Assembly: GCA_016178725.1 (NCBI GenBank)
Contig: JACOSV010000084.1
Coordinates: 55,205 to 119,204, forward strand
Length of the DNA: 64,000 nucleotides
Source: Candidatus Eiseniibacteriota bacterium
GTDB taxonomy: Bacteria; Eisenbacteria; RBG-16-71-46
Direction of reading: 5' to 3'
In this document: one piece after another, positions 63,180 to 64,000 of the stretch
Layout of the letters: each line of letters starts with the position of its first letter
Position numbering within the stretch: the first letter of the stretch is position 1
Notes under the pieces: model-generated
Told to the model about the DNA's origin: nothing
What the model saw: the letters and a program-made list of their open reading frames with translations, nothing else
Database searches by the model: none
Made by a program: the position numbers and the translations under genes

Positions 63180-63482
63180 CTAGCCGGACGGGCTCTTCTC
63201 GAACAGATCGTCCAGCACCGCGTTCAAGCGCGCCGCCCGCGAGCCCAGCGTCTTCTCCTGGGCCTCGAGCCGCGCGCGCTCCTTGAACAGCTCATCGGCG
63301 ATGTTGAGTGAGGCGAGGATCGCCACCTTCGAGAGCGAAGCCACCGGCAGCTTGTCGGTGATCTCGCGCATCTTGCGGTCCACGTACCCCGCGACGCCCA
63401 GGATGTACTCCTGATCGGCCTCGCCGCGGATCGTGTAGCCGTGGCCGAAGATCTGCACCTGAACCACGTTCTTGGCGTCCAT
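63180..63482 (-). CDS. zapA: cell division protein ZapA
   Basis: VQVQIFGHGYTIRGEADQEYILGVAGYVDRKMREI...SLSKVAILASLNIADE. The start is placed at MDAKNVV rather than the upstream low-complexity extension. Confidence 0.8.
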   Translation of the reverse strand: MDAKNVVQVQIFGHGYTIRGEADQEYILGVAGYVDRKMREITDKLPVASLSKVAILASLNIADELFKERARLEAQEKTLGSRAARLNAVLDDLFEKSPSG

Positions 63483-63589
63483 CGCCCCTCGCTTCGCCGG
63501 GAACTCCCTGCGTGGTGTCGATGTCATGCCCCGCCCGCCCGTCGGGCGGGGCGGCTCCCCGCGACCACGAATGCGTCGCGGGACGTCGT

Positions 63590-63886
63590 CTACGTCTCGA
63601 GCTTCTCCAGCTTCCTCACCAGCGACTCGATGCGGGTCGCTACCGTGCGACGCTCGCCCTGCCACTCGCGCTGCTCCCTGCGCAGCGCCTGCAGCTCCGA
63701 GGTCATTGCCGTCAGATCGTGGCCGTGAAGCTTCGACTCGGCGTCGCGCAGCTTGCGCGCGAGCTCGTCGCGCTCGCGCTCGAGGCGCTGCTGGTCGTCG
63801 CGCATGCGCTGCACCAGCGCCGCCGCCTTCTCCACCCGTTCGGCGAGCAGATCGAGATCCGTCGCCATCGTCGTCGTTTCCGTCAT
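63590..63886 (-). CDS. ZapB-like coiled-coil cell division protein
   Basis: 98-aa heptad-rich sequence. ATGA overlap with the pheT stop. Position between pheT and zapA. Confidence 0.5.
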   Translation of the reverse strand: MTETTTMATDLDLLAERVEKAAALVQRMRDDQQRLERERDELARKLRDAESKLHGHDLTAMTSELQALRREQREWQGERRTVATRIESLVRKLEKLET

Positions 63887-64000
63887 CGCTCTCTCAATCG
63901 CGCGCCGAGGGTCTTCGCCGCAGCCGCGGTCATCCGGTCCTGGATCGTCTGGATCTCGGCCTCGGTGAGCGTGCGCTCCGGATGCTGGAACCGCAACGCG
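63883..64000 (-). CDS. pheT: phenylalanine--tRNA ligase beta subunit, 3' end only
   Basis: C-terminal FDX-ACB-like peptide ...FQHPERTLTEAEIQTIQDRMTAAAAKTLGARLRER*. Confidence 0.65.
   Translation of the reverse strand, partial: ALRFQHPERTLTEAEIQTIQDRMTAAAAKTLGARLRER

Noticed and set aside
63483-63589. GC-rich hairpin (CCCCGCCCGCCCG...CGGGCGGGGCGG) between zapB and zapA as an intrinsic terminator
   Set aside because: No U-tract follows on the transcribed (minus) strand, and the two genes are probably co-transcribed. At most it is an mRNA structural element.

Overview
High-GC (~70%) bacterial chromosomal window, densely packed with housekeeping genes on both strands. Many genes are joined by 4-nt ATGA/GTGA start-stop overlaps. 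Plus-strand block: guaA 3' end, cspA, secA, a Lys/Ala-rich histone-like gene, topA, xerC, a lipoprotein, dapF-dapA-dapB, a large secreted fusion protein (MA-type peptidase / TolB propeller / Omp85-like barrel), uvrC-xerD, an OMP / beta-CASP / SNF2 helicase / Zn-ribbon operon, and a GH57 enzyme. Minus-strand block: a long co-directional run containing pheT(3' end)-zapB-zapA, a 6S RNA candidate, rny, a ymdB-folD fusion, dinB-like, a VOC gene, xseA-xseB-ispA, a DUF212 gene, dxs, nadK-recN, trpE-G-D-(RDD)-C-F-B, tRNA-Arg(CCG), ubiE, a GGDEF protein, a WbpB/WbpD/WbpE-like amino-sugar trio, a sigma54 two-component system, lptE-like, holA, a GT39-like membrane protein, leuS, a radical SAM gene, rpsT and an NHL lipoprotein. 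No CRISPR array, prophage or IS element was seen. Three places deserve a second look because an in-frame TAG sits exactly where coding sequence should continue: inside trpG, at the topA N-terminus, and between the sigma54 response regulator and the LptE signal peptide. The most system-like novelty candidate is the translationally coupled beta-CASP nuclease / SNF2 ATPase / Zn-ribbon module downstream of xerD. Coordinates come from the supplied ORF track plus manual start-codon refinement; opposite-strand mirror ORFs typical of high-GC DNA were discarded.
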